Shown one piece after another: positions 49,033 through 60,851 of a stretch of DNA of 64,000 nt. The position numbers and the translations under genes are program-made. The stretch is from Raillietiella orientalis (Eukaryota), in the NCBI GenBank assembly GCA_036172245.1, contig JAYWIR010000006.1, positions 5,270,001 to 5,334,000 of the forward strand. Direction: 5' to 3'. The notes below the pieces were generated by a model. The model was given only the letters and a program-made list of their open reading frames with translations, did not search any database and had not been told where the DNA came from. The stretch's first letter is position 1. Every line of letters starts with the position of its first letter.

Positions 49033-50227
49033 GTGGAACGCGAGGTAGGAAAACACGGTCAGGAAACATGTGACGCAAAGATCCAGAGAACAGGGAAGGG
49101 GGGGGGGGGAATTCATTTGCAGTTCCCACCCTTGGCAGTAGGAGGAGGAAGAGGGATGAAGGAGGAAGAAGGGAGATGGAAAATGAGGAAGGGAAAGCAT
49201 TCCAGGTGGCAATCGCACCACGGTGAAGAGACGAAGGTCACGAAAAAAAAAAATACTTTGAAGGTGAACGAAACCGGAAGAGGAAAGGAAGACCTTTCTC
49301 CCCAGCTTCCTCCACGTAGCACGCCAGGTCCGAGCGCTGCCTGGCAGCCGCCATGCAGGCACGTTCGAGATGACGAGCGGCGTCGATCGTTGATTGGCTG
49401 GCGGCGAGGAATTCGTTACGGAAGCCGCGAAAGGAAAGTGCTAGGAAAATGCAGGAGACGTTTCGCAAGGAGACCTGCTGGCATCCCTGATGGCCCTTTG
49501 ATTTTTTCCAGCTCGCTCCCGAGTGACGTCGGATGTGCGCACGAGGAAGCATGAGTCACCATCCTTCCGGGCCTGTTGGGGAGGAAGGGAGGGAAAGGAG
49601 GGGGGAGGAGCTAGATCGGGAGAACTCCCAGGGTCAGATCGGATGAGACGCGTAGCCACCGAGGAGGGCTGGCCGCTCAGAGGAACGTGCTTCTCAGGAA
49701 GACGTGCGAGACGGACCACTGGACCCTCTGCAGTCGCAGTTGCTCCGGGAAGGAGCACACAACGAAGGGGCTCTCGCGATTCGCTCCGTGGAAATCCGGG
49801 CGAGGAGTCTGGATGCTCCCGTGCACCTGCAGGGACTATGAGGAGATCTGTCTCGGTCACCTGCGGCTTTCAAAAGGAGCGCCACGAGTCTGGAGGAGAG
49901 GAGCCGGTGGACTGGCGCACAGCTCGCGGCGGACGACGCGACCTCCCTCTGCCCCAAAGCTGCGGAATTCCACGCGGTCGCTCGTCCTCGCAGCGCGATG
50001 ACTCGACCGGGATCCGACGTCCCAGAAGACCCGATGCTCGGACCCTCAGGAAAAGTTGGCGAGGAGATCTCTGCGTTGCACGGGGCTACTAGCCGCGATG
50101 GGCAGTGGAACGCGAGGAGGAAGACACGGCTAACATGTGACGTAACTCAGAGCCAGAGAACAAGGAGGAGGGGAGGACAAATCCTTTGCAGTTCCTATCA
50201 CCCTTGACAGGAGGGGGAGGAGGAAGA
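49033..50227 (+). repeat. Pair of diverged ~120-bp direct repeats (49033-49152 and 50105-50227)
   Basis: Both read gtggaacgcgagg..aacacgg..aacatgtgacg..ccagagaaca..tttgcagttcc..cccttg.cag. Confidence 0.85.
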
Positions 50228-50563
50228 GAAGAGAGAGAAGGCGGTCGAGGCGGCAGTTAATGCAAGAGCGCCATGTGAGGCGAACGGTGACGCTCCAGGT
50301 CGGAGCCTTCAAACGCGCCCTCAGGGTTTCCCGGGCCGCCGCCGCCGCCGCACGCTACGAATCCGTGGATTCCCACTTACCGGAGAGTCGCGCGGGTCGT
50401 TTCCCAGGAACACCCGAACGGGGGAATCCAGGGTCAGCGGCAGTGACACGCCGCTTTCGCTCTCCCAGCTGCGGGAGGAACCCGCCGACCGCAGGGCGTC
50501 GGGCGCGTCCATCTCCCAAGCAGACTCCTCCCCTCTCCCCCTGCCCCTCCTTCGGACACCAGG

Positions 50564-50997
50564 AAAAGACAGAAGAGGAGTGGGAGAGGTCACGCGATCC
50601 ACACCCACGAAGCGTTGAAGCCGTTCACTCAGGTCCGGGAACCTACCCAGACTCTGGTGAGGCCACGTCGGTCACTGCGGGCTTCATGAACGACATCCTC
50701 AGGCGCATCGCTGCAGATGCGTCCCACCTTCGGCGCCGTAGCAAGAGCACAGCTATCACCAGTCGAAACGAAGAGGAAAGTAGAAGGGGGGGGGGAGGAA
50801 GAGGAGAAAGAGGAAGAAGGGAGGAAGAAAAGGAAGGGAAGAGGACTGGCAACAGCAGTTGCGTTGAGCCGTCGGTTACCCGGGTGACAGCAGGCACACC
50901 ACTGCCTGCCGTCACCCGGATAACCGGCATTCTGGAAGGCGCGAAAGCGGCGACCAGGCTCCAACCGGACGCCACGCGGCTGCTGTGGAGCCATCCC
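50564..50997 (+). pseudogene. H2B: Histone H2B pseudogene with relic 3' stem-loop
   Basis: KRQKRSGRGHAIHTHEALK / frameshift / VHSGPGT...SGEATSVTAGFMNDILRRIAADASHLRRRSKSTAITSR / purine insertion / TAVALSRRLPG / EGAKAATR is collinear with H2B ([77 protein letters not shown]...EGTKAVTK). GGCTgctgtgGAGCCAtCC at 50978 resembles the histone stem-loop GGCTCTTTTCAGAGCCACC. Confidence 0.85.
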
Positions 50998-51972
50998 TCT
51001 CACGACACCGACTGTGCCGGACGGGGTACACCGTCGTCCCGTCGATTTCGCAGCCCCCTTCACGACAGCCGCGTCCCGCCTTCATGCAGTTCAGGAGACG
51101 GACCCATTTCTGTGGGACGAGGAACGTGCTGTGGTGTGGCCTTGTGCAACTGACTAAGCCACGTCGATAGGTACGTACGCTCGCACTTCTCTGTCTCCTG
51201 GGACTGTTGGAGTTCCAGAAGACCCAGCAGAGAAGCCGACGGCACTCTCTACAGCTGCTGCCTACCGTTCCTGCAGCGCGGGCGATCGAGTCAGAACAAG
51301 GGACCCTGGCAGCGCTGGAGAAAACCGTACGTATCTTCCTGTTGCTGCCCTGGAGCGCCGGGAAAGAGCTGCACGCTCGCGCGGAGTCCGCGCCATGGCG
51401 GCGTGGCGGCGGAGAGGGCCCGAGCGTCAGCGAGGCGCCGGGAGGCCTCTGTGTTCGTCCAGAACGACGCGTCCGCCTCTCTCTGCCTTCAGCGTCGCCT
51501 TGGACCAGCCTCGAACCCGGGGGGCAATTGGGAGGCTCCCGGCTTGCTGCAGCTTCCGGTCCGCTCGCCCGCCTTTCCCCTGAGGGATCCCTCCATCCTT
51601 CGCGCTGCTCATCCAGACGTACTCGCACTGAGGCTACTCCTTTATCGGTCCTCTTACCTGGGACCTGCGCGTCCTTCCTGTCCTCGCTCGATTCTCCTGA
51701 GGGTACTTTTTGTCTCCCCTACCTGGACGCTCTCCACCCCTTCGGTGTGCCCCGTCGACCCCGTCTCGTCACGCAGACACGTCACCTGCTTGGTCGCCTC
51801 CAGCGCACCGAAGGGGAGGGAAGAGGGAGAAAGTAGGAGGAAGAGAGGAAGATCATCGTCCACCTTCTCGGCTTCGGCAGTGACCTGCCAACGAATGTGC
51901 GTTCACCATCAACGTCTCTATGCACGCATGCACGGAATGAGCAATCTCTGTGGGCCCCGATCCGACTCTTTC

Positions 51973-53833
51973 TTTTCCTTTCTCCCTCCTCTCCTCTTCC
52001 TCCTCCTTTTCTCAGGAGGCAGGAGGGAAAAGGAAAATCGGAAAGTGGCCCCCTTCTCCCCTCCAGTTTTCCTTCTCTTCCCTCTCCCTTCCTCCTCTCT
52101 CTGGAGGACGAAGACTCGCAAGCGAACCCGAGGAAGACCCCCTCAAAAAGCTTCACGGGTCGGTGGGCTAGGACACCCTGTCCACCATCTCCCCCGCGAG
52201 TGAGACGGGGGTCATGAACGGTGGTTGAGAACACCCCCGCATCTCGGAAATCACGAAACCCGGAAGCAGCGCTCCGCACGGCTCCGTGGCTTCGCCTCCT
52301 GTCCAGGAGGCGGCAGCACCTCCGTCACGGCTTCTTCCTTGAAGAGCCTGCAGGCCACGCGCGTTCGCTTCCGGCGTGGTGACCTCGCAGAGGAGGCGCT
52401 TCCTCGACGACCAGACGGGACAGATGACAACGGACATCGCCACAAGAGGTCGCGTCCAAGGAAAAAAGGGAAAGAGGGGAGGAGCGTTCACTGCTCACGA
52501 GAGGTCCCTCGAGATTTGCCTGAGGGCATCGCTCCTCTCCTGGGAGGGAGGAGATCAGGAGCTCGAAGGGATCTTCCTCTGGATTCCGGACGGCTACTCA
52601 CGGAAGAGATGATGGGGGAGAGCGCCGGGCAGCGTGCCGGCTGCTGCCCAAGCCGATCGAGATCTTCGCGGAGGGTGAGCGACGGATCCGGTCGCTCCCG
52701 AAGGAGGCTCCAGGATCCGAGGGAGCGGTGAGAGGTGCCACTGCGAGCCGCAGTCGGTCAGATGACCTCGATGGCAGGAGTGGAGGGTCTATTCCGGTCG
52801 GCTGAGCCCACTCTGAGAAGCGCCCAGACTTGGAAGCGCGCGCGGGACCGCACGGACTCGCCCTCGGACGCAAAGGGAGCGTGCCCGGGGGGACGACAAC
52901 CCTGGAGCCTGCCTCGCCGCTGGTGTACCCGGCCTTCCAAGGATACTCTGCTCCTCTTCCTCCTCCGCGAGAGCCGCTGGTCCACAGATCCCGGGGATGC
53001 ATCGATCCCACTGGGGAACGCTCGGGTTGCCGTTCCCGGCGCGCCGAGGAGACGCGCAAGCATTGAGAGGCAGTGAAAACGATTGTTCCCGGGTAGGCGG
53101 CGGGAGCATCCCGCTCTTTTGCCCCTTTATTCCCGGAAGTGCTCGCGGGAGCTGCCTCTCCCCTCTTGCATTATGCGGTCAGAAAATGAATGATTGCAAC
53201 AGCGGAAAGGCTCAGAAGAGAAATGGGTCCGGGAATGTTTTCAGCTAGGGCCGTTCCTGTTTTTTTTTTTTTGGCTTTTGCTTTTCCCATCTCCCGTCGC
53301 CGCTCCATCACTCATCCACGTCTTCGGAGCGCAATCTTTGAGGGCCGAAAGTTCCGTGGCTTCGGCGTCAGCAGGGCTCCTCGTCCCTCTCCCTGACGGA
53401 CCGGAACGAATCCCGGAATGATGGAGACGTCCGTTCGGGAAAGGCATTTTCCTCCCGATGTGGTTCCTTTTTTTTTTTTTTTTTTTTTTCCTTCTTGTTC
53501 CTCCTCCTCCTCTTCTTCCTTCCTCCTTCCTCTCCCCTTTCTCCTCTTCCCTCCTTCTTCCTCCTCCTCCTCCCTCCCCCTCCCCCTGTTTTCCTTCTCT
53601 TCGCTCTCCTCCTTCCCTCTCTCCTTCTCTTCCCTTTTCCTTCCTCCACTTCCTCCTCCCTTCCATCCCTCTTCCTTCTCCCGTTTCCTTCTTTTTCCTC
53701 CCCTTCTTTCCTTCCACCTCCCTTCCTCTTCCCTTCTTCCTCCTCCTCTTTTTCCTTTCTCCCTCCTCTCCTCTTCCTCCTCCCTTCCTCAGGAGGCAGG
53801 AGGGACAAGGAAAATCGGAAAGTGACCCCCTTC
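51973..53833 (+). repeat. Pair of near-identical ~84-bp direct repeats (51973-52056 and 53750-53833)
   Basis: ttttcctttctccctcctctcctcttcctcctcc..ctcaggaggcaggaggga.aaggaaaatcggaaagtg.cccccttc occurs in both. Confidence 0.95.
53465..53790 (+). repeat. Long polypyrimidine (CT-rich) tract
   Basis: About 325 nt almost purely C/T. A similar tract lies at 54935-55135. Confidence 0.95.
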
Positions 53834-55359
53834 CCTCACCCGGTAGACTGGCAGTGCCGATTCCCCCTTCCCAGAGAAACATCTACTCTCCCCTCGTCTG
53901 CGACCACGTCTCAAAGCTCGCGAGGGGGAGGGGAAGGGTAGGAGGAGGAAGAGGAGGGGGCAGCTGACTGGACGAATCACGGAAGGAGCACGGCGTGCGG
54001 GAAGGTCGCTGATCGGTCCCTCCGGAAGCCGCGGGACTCTGCAAGGGGAAGCGCGCTACCGGAGGGCTGTGGAGGGAGGGGGGAGGGGGGAAGAGGATTA
54101 GTCGTGGCTTCCCACCGACAGGACCGAATCAGATGGGCTGCCCATCTTAGAGTCGAGCTCATTCCCGCGATTTCACGCGTCCCCATCGGAGCCTTACGCT
54201 TTCCGCGTCTCCATTAGCAACCCCTTCCCCTGAAGAAGGGCGCCCTGACGGGAGGACGGCGTGCCCCTTCCATTCTTTCGCTCGCGCGAAAAAAATCGCT
54301 GGGGCGGGTGGCTGCTCCCCTCTCCCTCGGCGAGGAGAAGGTGAAGGAGGGCGGACAGGTCCAGACCCACTGACGTTGGAGGGAAGTTTCCTTCCCCCCC
54401 CTTTCGCGAAGGCGAGGCAGATGCTCCGGATGCATCGGGATATGCCGAGGCGGATTCTGGAGGAAAGACTTCCACCTGCGCTCAGCCGCCCTCTGTTCCT
54501 CCACAGGGCATTATGGGAAGGAAGACTCCTGCAGCGCCCGTGCAAAGGAGTGTGCGCGGGCGGCAGCACCCCGCCGCCGTCTCCCCCGCCTTCTCCCTCC
54601 TGCCCATTCCAGCAGCCACTCGGGAGAGTTTCCGCAGCGGCAGCTGCTGCTGCTGCTGCTGCCGACGCCCAGGACGTGCACTGGCGCAGGAAGTGCTCGG
54701 ATGTCGGTGGCGCCGCCGTTCCTCCGAGGTGGAAGTGCCAGCACTCTCTGCGACCCCCGACGTCTGGAAAGATTCATCTTCCACCATCCTCTTCACCAGA
54801 GCCTCTTGTGAGTCCTCGAAAGGAAAAAAAAGGGGAGGAAGGCGAGACTTCAGGGAGCGAACGTCCCAGAAGAGATTTCTGGCTCCTCCAGAAGTTGCGC
54901 AGGATAGCTTCATCCTCCCAGCACGGCACGCACCTCTTCCTATTCTCTTCCACCTTCTTTTTTCCTCTTCCCCTCCTCTTCCTTATTCCTTCTTCTTCCT
55001 CTTCTCTTCTTCCTTCTTTTCTTCCTCCCTCGTTTGCCTCGCTTCTTTCTTTTCTCCTCTTCTTCCACCTCTTCCACTCCTTCCCTCCTTTTCTTCTTCT
55101 TCACCTGTGTGTTCCTCTCTCTCTCTCCTCTCTCCGTAGGAGAAAAGGGGGCTCTCTGCTCGGGAGGACATGACGTCACATCAGAAGGAACAGCACCGGC
55201 TCAGTCAGTTGCTTCCATAAGTTCCTGAAGACGCTGCTCCTTTCACCTGCGGTGAGCCGAGAATCCGGCCAGAGGTGGGAGTGGGGGAATCGCACGCACG
55301 CCGCTTCAGGAAGGGTTCTGCGGGTGTCTGCTGCCAGTCGCCCTCGGGAAACTCCTCCT

Positions 55360-56430
55360 CTTAAAAGGTCGTCCCTCGGCCCCGCCCACCTTCCTGCAGG
55401 TCTTGGAACGCGTGCCGCTGACCGCGCACCGTGGGTGATGGCAGTGACTGAACTTCCGGCAGTTGCAGCAAAGCTCCAGACGAGGGGAGGGAGAGGGACG
55501 TGCCGCCTAGAAGCTGCCCTCCCGTTCCGATCCATGAAGAGTCTTCCATCCTTCCTGGAACCCAAGAAGTTCTTTTCTAAGGCCGAGGCTCCCGGAGCGC
55601 CCCTCGGCTACAAGGCATCTTAAGGCAACGGCACAAGCTGTCCCGCCAGGGCAGCGACGCCCCTTCTTGACGACGCACTCGAGATCACGCGAGCTCCAAG
55701 GGCAGCCTCCATCCGTTGTCAGGGAGGCGGAGGAGGCGCTGGTCTCCCTCCTTCCGATCTAATCCACCCTCGAGGATCCACCATTACCACCTTCCTCAGG
55801 GAGATCCGGCCTTTGACTCCAGGCCGCACAGTGAGCATCATCAGGGAGCCCCTTCCCCTCGGTTGCCGCGGAAACGGAGCACCGGAACCTCGGCCCCGAG
55901 TTCGGCGGAGGAGCGGGAGGGTGCCACGCGCTCAATCCCGTCCTGCTGCCCCGGGTCAATTTTTCTTCCTCTCCTTCGCGTGATCTTCCCTGGAGAGCCC
56001 CGTCGGCCTGTGCCTGCGGCCTGCCTTCTTGGGTAGTCGATGGAAGGAGGGAGGGGTACGGCAGCCATCTTCCTGGACCTCTTCCAGGGCTGTCCCGGAG
56101 GCGGTGATGAAGTCGCTGCACGGAGATGGGAAGGATGGCATCAGCGGCGATGTATCTTGTCGCAGCAGATCAACGGGGGTTGCCAGGCTCCCTCGGAGCT
56201 CGGAGACTGGCAGCTCGGAGGCTGCGAAAGAGAGTTCCAGACCCAGCGGGCCGGTGCCTGTTGACCTGAGCGGGGAGACAGGGTGCTCAGGGAACCGAGG
56301 ATGCCACCAGACTCTTCCAGGGAAAAGGAGTCTTCTTCTGGTCCGTGACCTCTCTTCAGGAGAACAGAGGTCACGGACAAAAAGGAGGCGACCCTCCTCG
56401 CTCTCCCGTAATGACAGCCGCTTCCTCCGG
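55360..56430 (+). mobile_element. Degenerate LINE reverse transcriptase
   Basis: SSLGPAHLPAGL (KSPGPDG.P.E), TCRL..LP..SMKSL (NYRPI.L....K), AAIFLDLFQG (~56060; AIFLDLSKAF), QINGGCQAP, SLSRNDSRF (LYADD). Confidence 0.45.
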
Positions 56431-57879
56431 CAGAGGACAGCGCAAAGGTCAGTTTGCTTCGGCAGCTGAGGAAGTCTGCGCCTTCCGCTTGGTCTTTTCG
56501 CATCGGGTCACATCCCTTCTTCCTCTCCCCCCTACCGTGCACTTCGTTCCCACCTCGAAAATCTTCTAAAAACCCGCAAACATCGCAGGAGGCAGCAGAG
56601 GAATACCGGAAGACTTTCTCGACCCCTCAGCATGCCTGTTTCCCAGCTTCCCCAATTCTTTCTGCTCAACCCCTTTTTACCAGGGCTGTCAGAAAAGAGG
56701 TTCTCCTGTGATTTCATGGTTGCTTAGAGACTAATCCTCAGACGAGTTTTAATTCAGCATGGCGATTTTTACCCGTCGCGATTCCCTTCTTTCTTCCTCT
56801 CCCTTCCTATCCCACCCCCTCCCTCTCTTGTACCCGTCTCTCGAAACTTCCTCTCCTCGACCGCCGTCTGGAGTTCAAAAAGCTCCAGGTCCAAGGGCGG
56901 AAAAGAAAGAGGAAATGCCGGTGATCGGACGCAGAGGAAGGAGGCGGGTTGCGGCGTTCACGCTTATCGGGGTTTCCGTGGGTCCCGGGAGAAAATCGAA
57001 GCAGAAGGTTGCGGGAGACAGAAACACCGCTGTCCCGATTCGGGGGGCAGGGCTACCCTCTCCTTACCCCTGCAAGCGTGGATCAGCCCTTCCGCAGCCG
57101 GGAAAAGGAGGACTGCGGAGCCATCTTCAGAAGCGGAAATCTCTACCCGGAGGTGATTCTGTCTCTAAGTGTCGCCTTCGGCGTCTCTTGGACGCGCCGA
57201 CCATCAGTGAGGCTCCGATGTGCGGAGTGTTTTTTGCACGACGGAAAGAATGGGAAACGCGGGAATTCCATCGGAAGGAGGAGGAGAGGGGGAAGGTGGA
57301 TGGAAGAGAGAGAGAGAGAGAGATCTGGGGATGTTCGGTGTTCTCGCGCATCACGGGGACTCGACCGGAAACTCTGTGTCTGTCCGCTCGCCGGTGCGGA
57401 CAGTGCCATCCGCGCTCGCCTGCTCTCAAGGACGTTTCGCAAGTTGAGTGCGAATGCGCGCACGTAAACCTACCAATTGTTGCTAGGCGTTTCGCTTTTC
57501 CTATTGGTGCGTTGTTCTTGTCCTCGTCGTTGCGTCTTTCCTATTGTTGTAATTTTGATTTTTTTTTTGAAAAAAAAAAAGACGGTTACGATTTCTCTCA
57601 TTGTTGCCGAGCTCGCATCCGGTGGCACGTCCCTTCGAGTCCCAAGACCAGCGCGAGGCTGTTTTTCTTTTTTTTCTTCCCTCCCCCTCCTTTCCTCCAC
57701 CACCCGCCATCTTTCCTTTCGCGAGCTCACGTCGGCGGCGGCATATGCGCCCTGTGGCATCCGAATTCCTCGCGTATGCTTCCTGCACAGCTCCCCTCCC
57801 CCAAATCGGTTTGCTTCCCTCACGCACTTAATCCGTTCCACTTTCCATCTTTGTCTCTGGGTTCCTGCTTGATGGGAGA

Positions 57880-58110
57880 TGCTCTTTTCGGAGCTCCGCG
57901 TAATGCACAAAGGAAACTCCTTGATGGCAGCGCGATCCGATAACGAATCCAGAGAAATTGCATCGATGAATGCCGGCGCAGAGCGATCCTTGAAAGGATG
58001 TATCCGGACACGGTCCAGCGGCGAGGATCTTAAGTAGGGATTTTCGCTGAGAACGCGAACGACTCCGTTCCCGTCATGCATAATAAATTCGAGCGGCTCC
58101 CGGAGAACCA
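57880..58110 (-). pseudogene. RecD2/TraA-family helicase N-terminal helix-hairpin-helix fragment
   Basis: Open frame HDGNGVVRVLSENPYL...FKDRSAPAFIDAISLDSLSDRAAIKEFPL compared with RecD2 YG..AV.VI.ENPY.L...GFK.AD.IA..LGI..DS..R..A.I.Y.L. ENPY matches, and FK, A, I, DS, A and L are in register with each other. Confidence 0.4.
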
Positions 58111-59439
58111 GGAACAATTTTGTTAAATTTCTTCCCTCCTGACAGTTTTCGCGAGTTTCTTGTTATGAGGATCGTAGACGCCGCTGCCACTGCCGCTGTT
58201 ACTGGTTTTCTTTCCTTTCTTCCTGCCTTTCTATTTTTTTTTTTCCCCTTTTTCCTTCCCTCTTTTTTTTCGAATTGCGAGCCTGAAGAGACGCGCATCT
58301 TCGTCTCCTTTGATTCTGCATCCTGTTCTACAGGATGGTCTTTATTTCCCGCCTTTATTTCTCGTGTCCACGAAACCCTCCAGCACCCGTTTTGCTCTCT
58401 CTGGCCCTCGTTCCTGTGACCTGCGTGGTTGCCGCCCCCGCTGTAGCTACCGTCTTCTGCGCGGAACCGCGCGCGCCCACCCTTCCGCCGCCTCTGTCCT
58501 CGTGGCCGGCTCGCCGTTGCGACGAGTCCGCAGCCTCCCAGACTTGGGCTTGCTCTTCCGATCCACCCGCATTTGGGTCATGTCCGGGGCTGGCGTCAAT
58601 GTGGTCTATCCCCCATCATTCTGGAGAACCGGGTTTCGTCTTGACCACCGTCACCTCGAGGCCACCGCCTAAGCAGCCTCTCTTCCCAGTTACCCTTGCT
58701 CCCTCAAGGAGGAGGCAACCCGTGGAGAGGCTGCTTGTCCTCCGTCTGTGGTCCTTCCGCGCCTCCAAGTCCGCTGTCACGCCTAGTCGCGCCAACGCCC
58801 GTCGGATATCGGCACGAATCCTGCAGGGCAATTTGGCAGCCTCTGCGAACCAGGAATGGCGGGAATCTACCACCTTCAGAATGAGGGAGGAGGAGTAAGT
58901 GGCGCGAGATTTCTTCCCTGGGTGAGTGCGAACGTGTGGGCTGGAACCAAGCGAGAGCGCCATATCCGGGAGTCGGTGGTGGGTAAGACAGGATCGCTTC
59001 GCACGTGCAGGTTCCGTTCTCCTCTCCTGGACGCCCACTGGGACGGCGCCCCCACTGATCACGGTCCGAGGGGAAAGGGACAGACCGGGGGGAGGCGGCT
59101 GACCACGCAGGTGTCACGGTTTCCTGCGGCTACCCTTCACTGCTCGCCTCCTCAGCCCCTCTCCGCCACCCCTTCGTCTTCTCCCCCTTTCTTCTCATGT
59201 CTCGCGCGCGCGCGCGCGCGTGAATGACGCGGAAGTTCCGCCCACGACGCCCCGCAGCGCCCGCGCGCGGCGAAGGGACAGAGGCGGCACCCCGCTGGAA
59301 CGCAGTGAGTGCGCGCGCTCCCGCCTCCCTGGAACGATCGTCTCGCGCCATCGTCCCGTCCGATTCCGTCCACAGAGAGCCTCCCGGAGGTGCGCGGAGA
59401 TCCGAGGGTGGTCACCGATCCCGTCCTACATTCGTGGCA

Positions 59440-59880
59440 GCCGCTGAATTCCCCCTCCCTTCCCACTCCCCATTCTGCGAAAGGGGCAATCAGGCAGGAA
59501 AGAGTGGGAGAGCTTCCGCTGCCTTTTTTTTCTCCCGCCCTTCTTCCGAAGATTCGCTCCCCCTTCGGGGGGCGGTGCCACCGATCTGGAGGCCTCAGAA
59601 GGCCAGACGAGGAGTCTGGAAACGTCAGAGAAGTGGCAGGAGCGCCCCTGGTAGCAGAGGGCAACACTCCTCCTCCCCTCCCTCCAAATAAACCGGCAAG
59701 GAAGCTGTAGCCTCGGCAACGATGAACCCCCCGATGAAGGGGGGAGCCTGAACGGAAGGGGACCATGGCAACGGCGTCCCGTACCCTGGTGGCGGCGCGA
59801 ACGGCGGAGGCACCTCGAGATAGTACCCCAGATCCGACTTCACGACCCCTTCTAGCCAGGAGGAACCTTTGGAAGTTTGT
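59440..59880 (-). mobile_element. Possible DIRS-type RT N-terminal remnant
   Basis: WLEGVVKSDLGYYLEVPPP (W.L..I..GY.L.F...P) and TSLTFPDSSSGLLRPPD (S.LF.V.K..G..RP..D). Confidence 0.3.
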
Positions 59881-60851
59881 TGCTGGGGAAAAGGAAGAAC
59901 GAGCGAGTCTTCGTCGCCCGCTCCTCCCCTCCCCTCTAGCGCAGCCTCTTCGCTCTTCTCCCACCCTGGGGAGCCACGGAGCATGTACGAGGGGACCGTT
60001 TCCCCTGGAGATGCACTCGGCGCGACAGAGGAAGGGCAACGCGGGCGCGTGGGCGGAGCGGGGTCGTTCCTCTTTCTCCTTGGCCCGACCCCTCCGATGA
60101 CTCCGCCCCCTTCCCGGAAATTCCCTGCTCCTTCCTTTCGTTCCGCTTTCCCTCCTCCCCCACTGCTTCCCTCCAACCCACGCTGCCCTCGCCACCGAGG
60201 CCCTCGGACTGAGTGCGTGGAGTTACTCTTCCCACCCCCTCCCTTTCCCCATTCCAGACCGCTTCGCGGGTCAACCTCGGTTCACCTCCGGGCGCCTAAC
60301 GCGGGGGAGAGGGCGCAGGGGAGGGACACGAGAGGGCGGCGCCTGCTCGCCCTTCCCTCCCTTGCGTTTCTCAGGTAACCTCCCCCGGAAAGTTACCCCT
60401 GGGCAGAGAAAAGGAGCGCATTCTCTTTCGTCCGGGAAGCATCTGGGAACACTTTCCTTCCCTCTCCCTTCCTCGAGTAAACTGAAAGCAGCAGAGACCT
60501 AAGCGTCTCCCAGAGGCGGAACATGAAGAGTGCGGCGGAGGGAATCCGGAAGACAGATGCTCTCCTCGGCGGGGAGGCGTTGCCCAGGGCAACGGGAGAG
60601 CAAAGGGGGCGAGGGACGGGAAAGGGTCTGGAAGACCCTCGGAGCAGCATCCGGGCGTCTTCACCCCCTCCGTCGGCGTTGCCTCTGCTGCTAACGAAGG
60701 ACTGCGACGCATAGCCCCTTTCGCACCCTCGTCCTGAGAGGGATGGGGAAGGAGAGAGAGCACGTCCGCGACCCCCTGGCCCTGGAAGAATTTCGCTTTC
60801 CTTGGGTCGCTCCGCTCCTTTCCCAAGGGGTCTTCTCCCGCTCTGGGCCCA

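Noticed and set aside
58060..58100. PLD-like MHNKF motif on the + strand
   Set aside because: The frame has stops and lacks the HxKxxxxD aspartate. The open minus frame fits RecD2 better.
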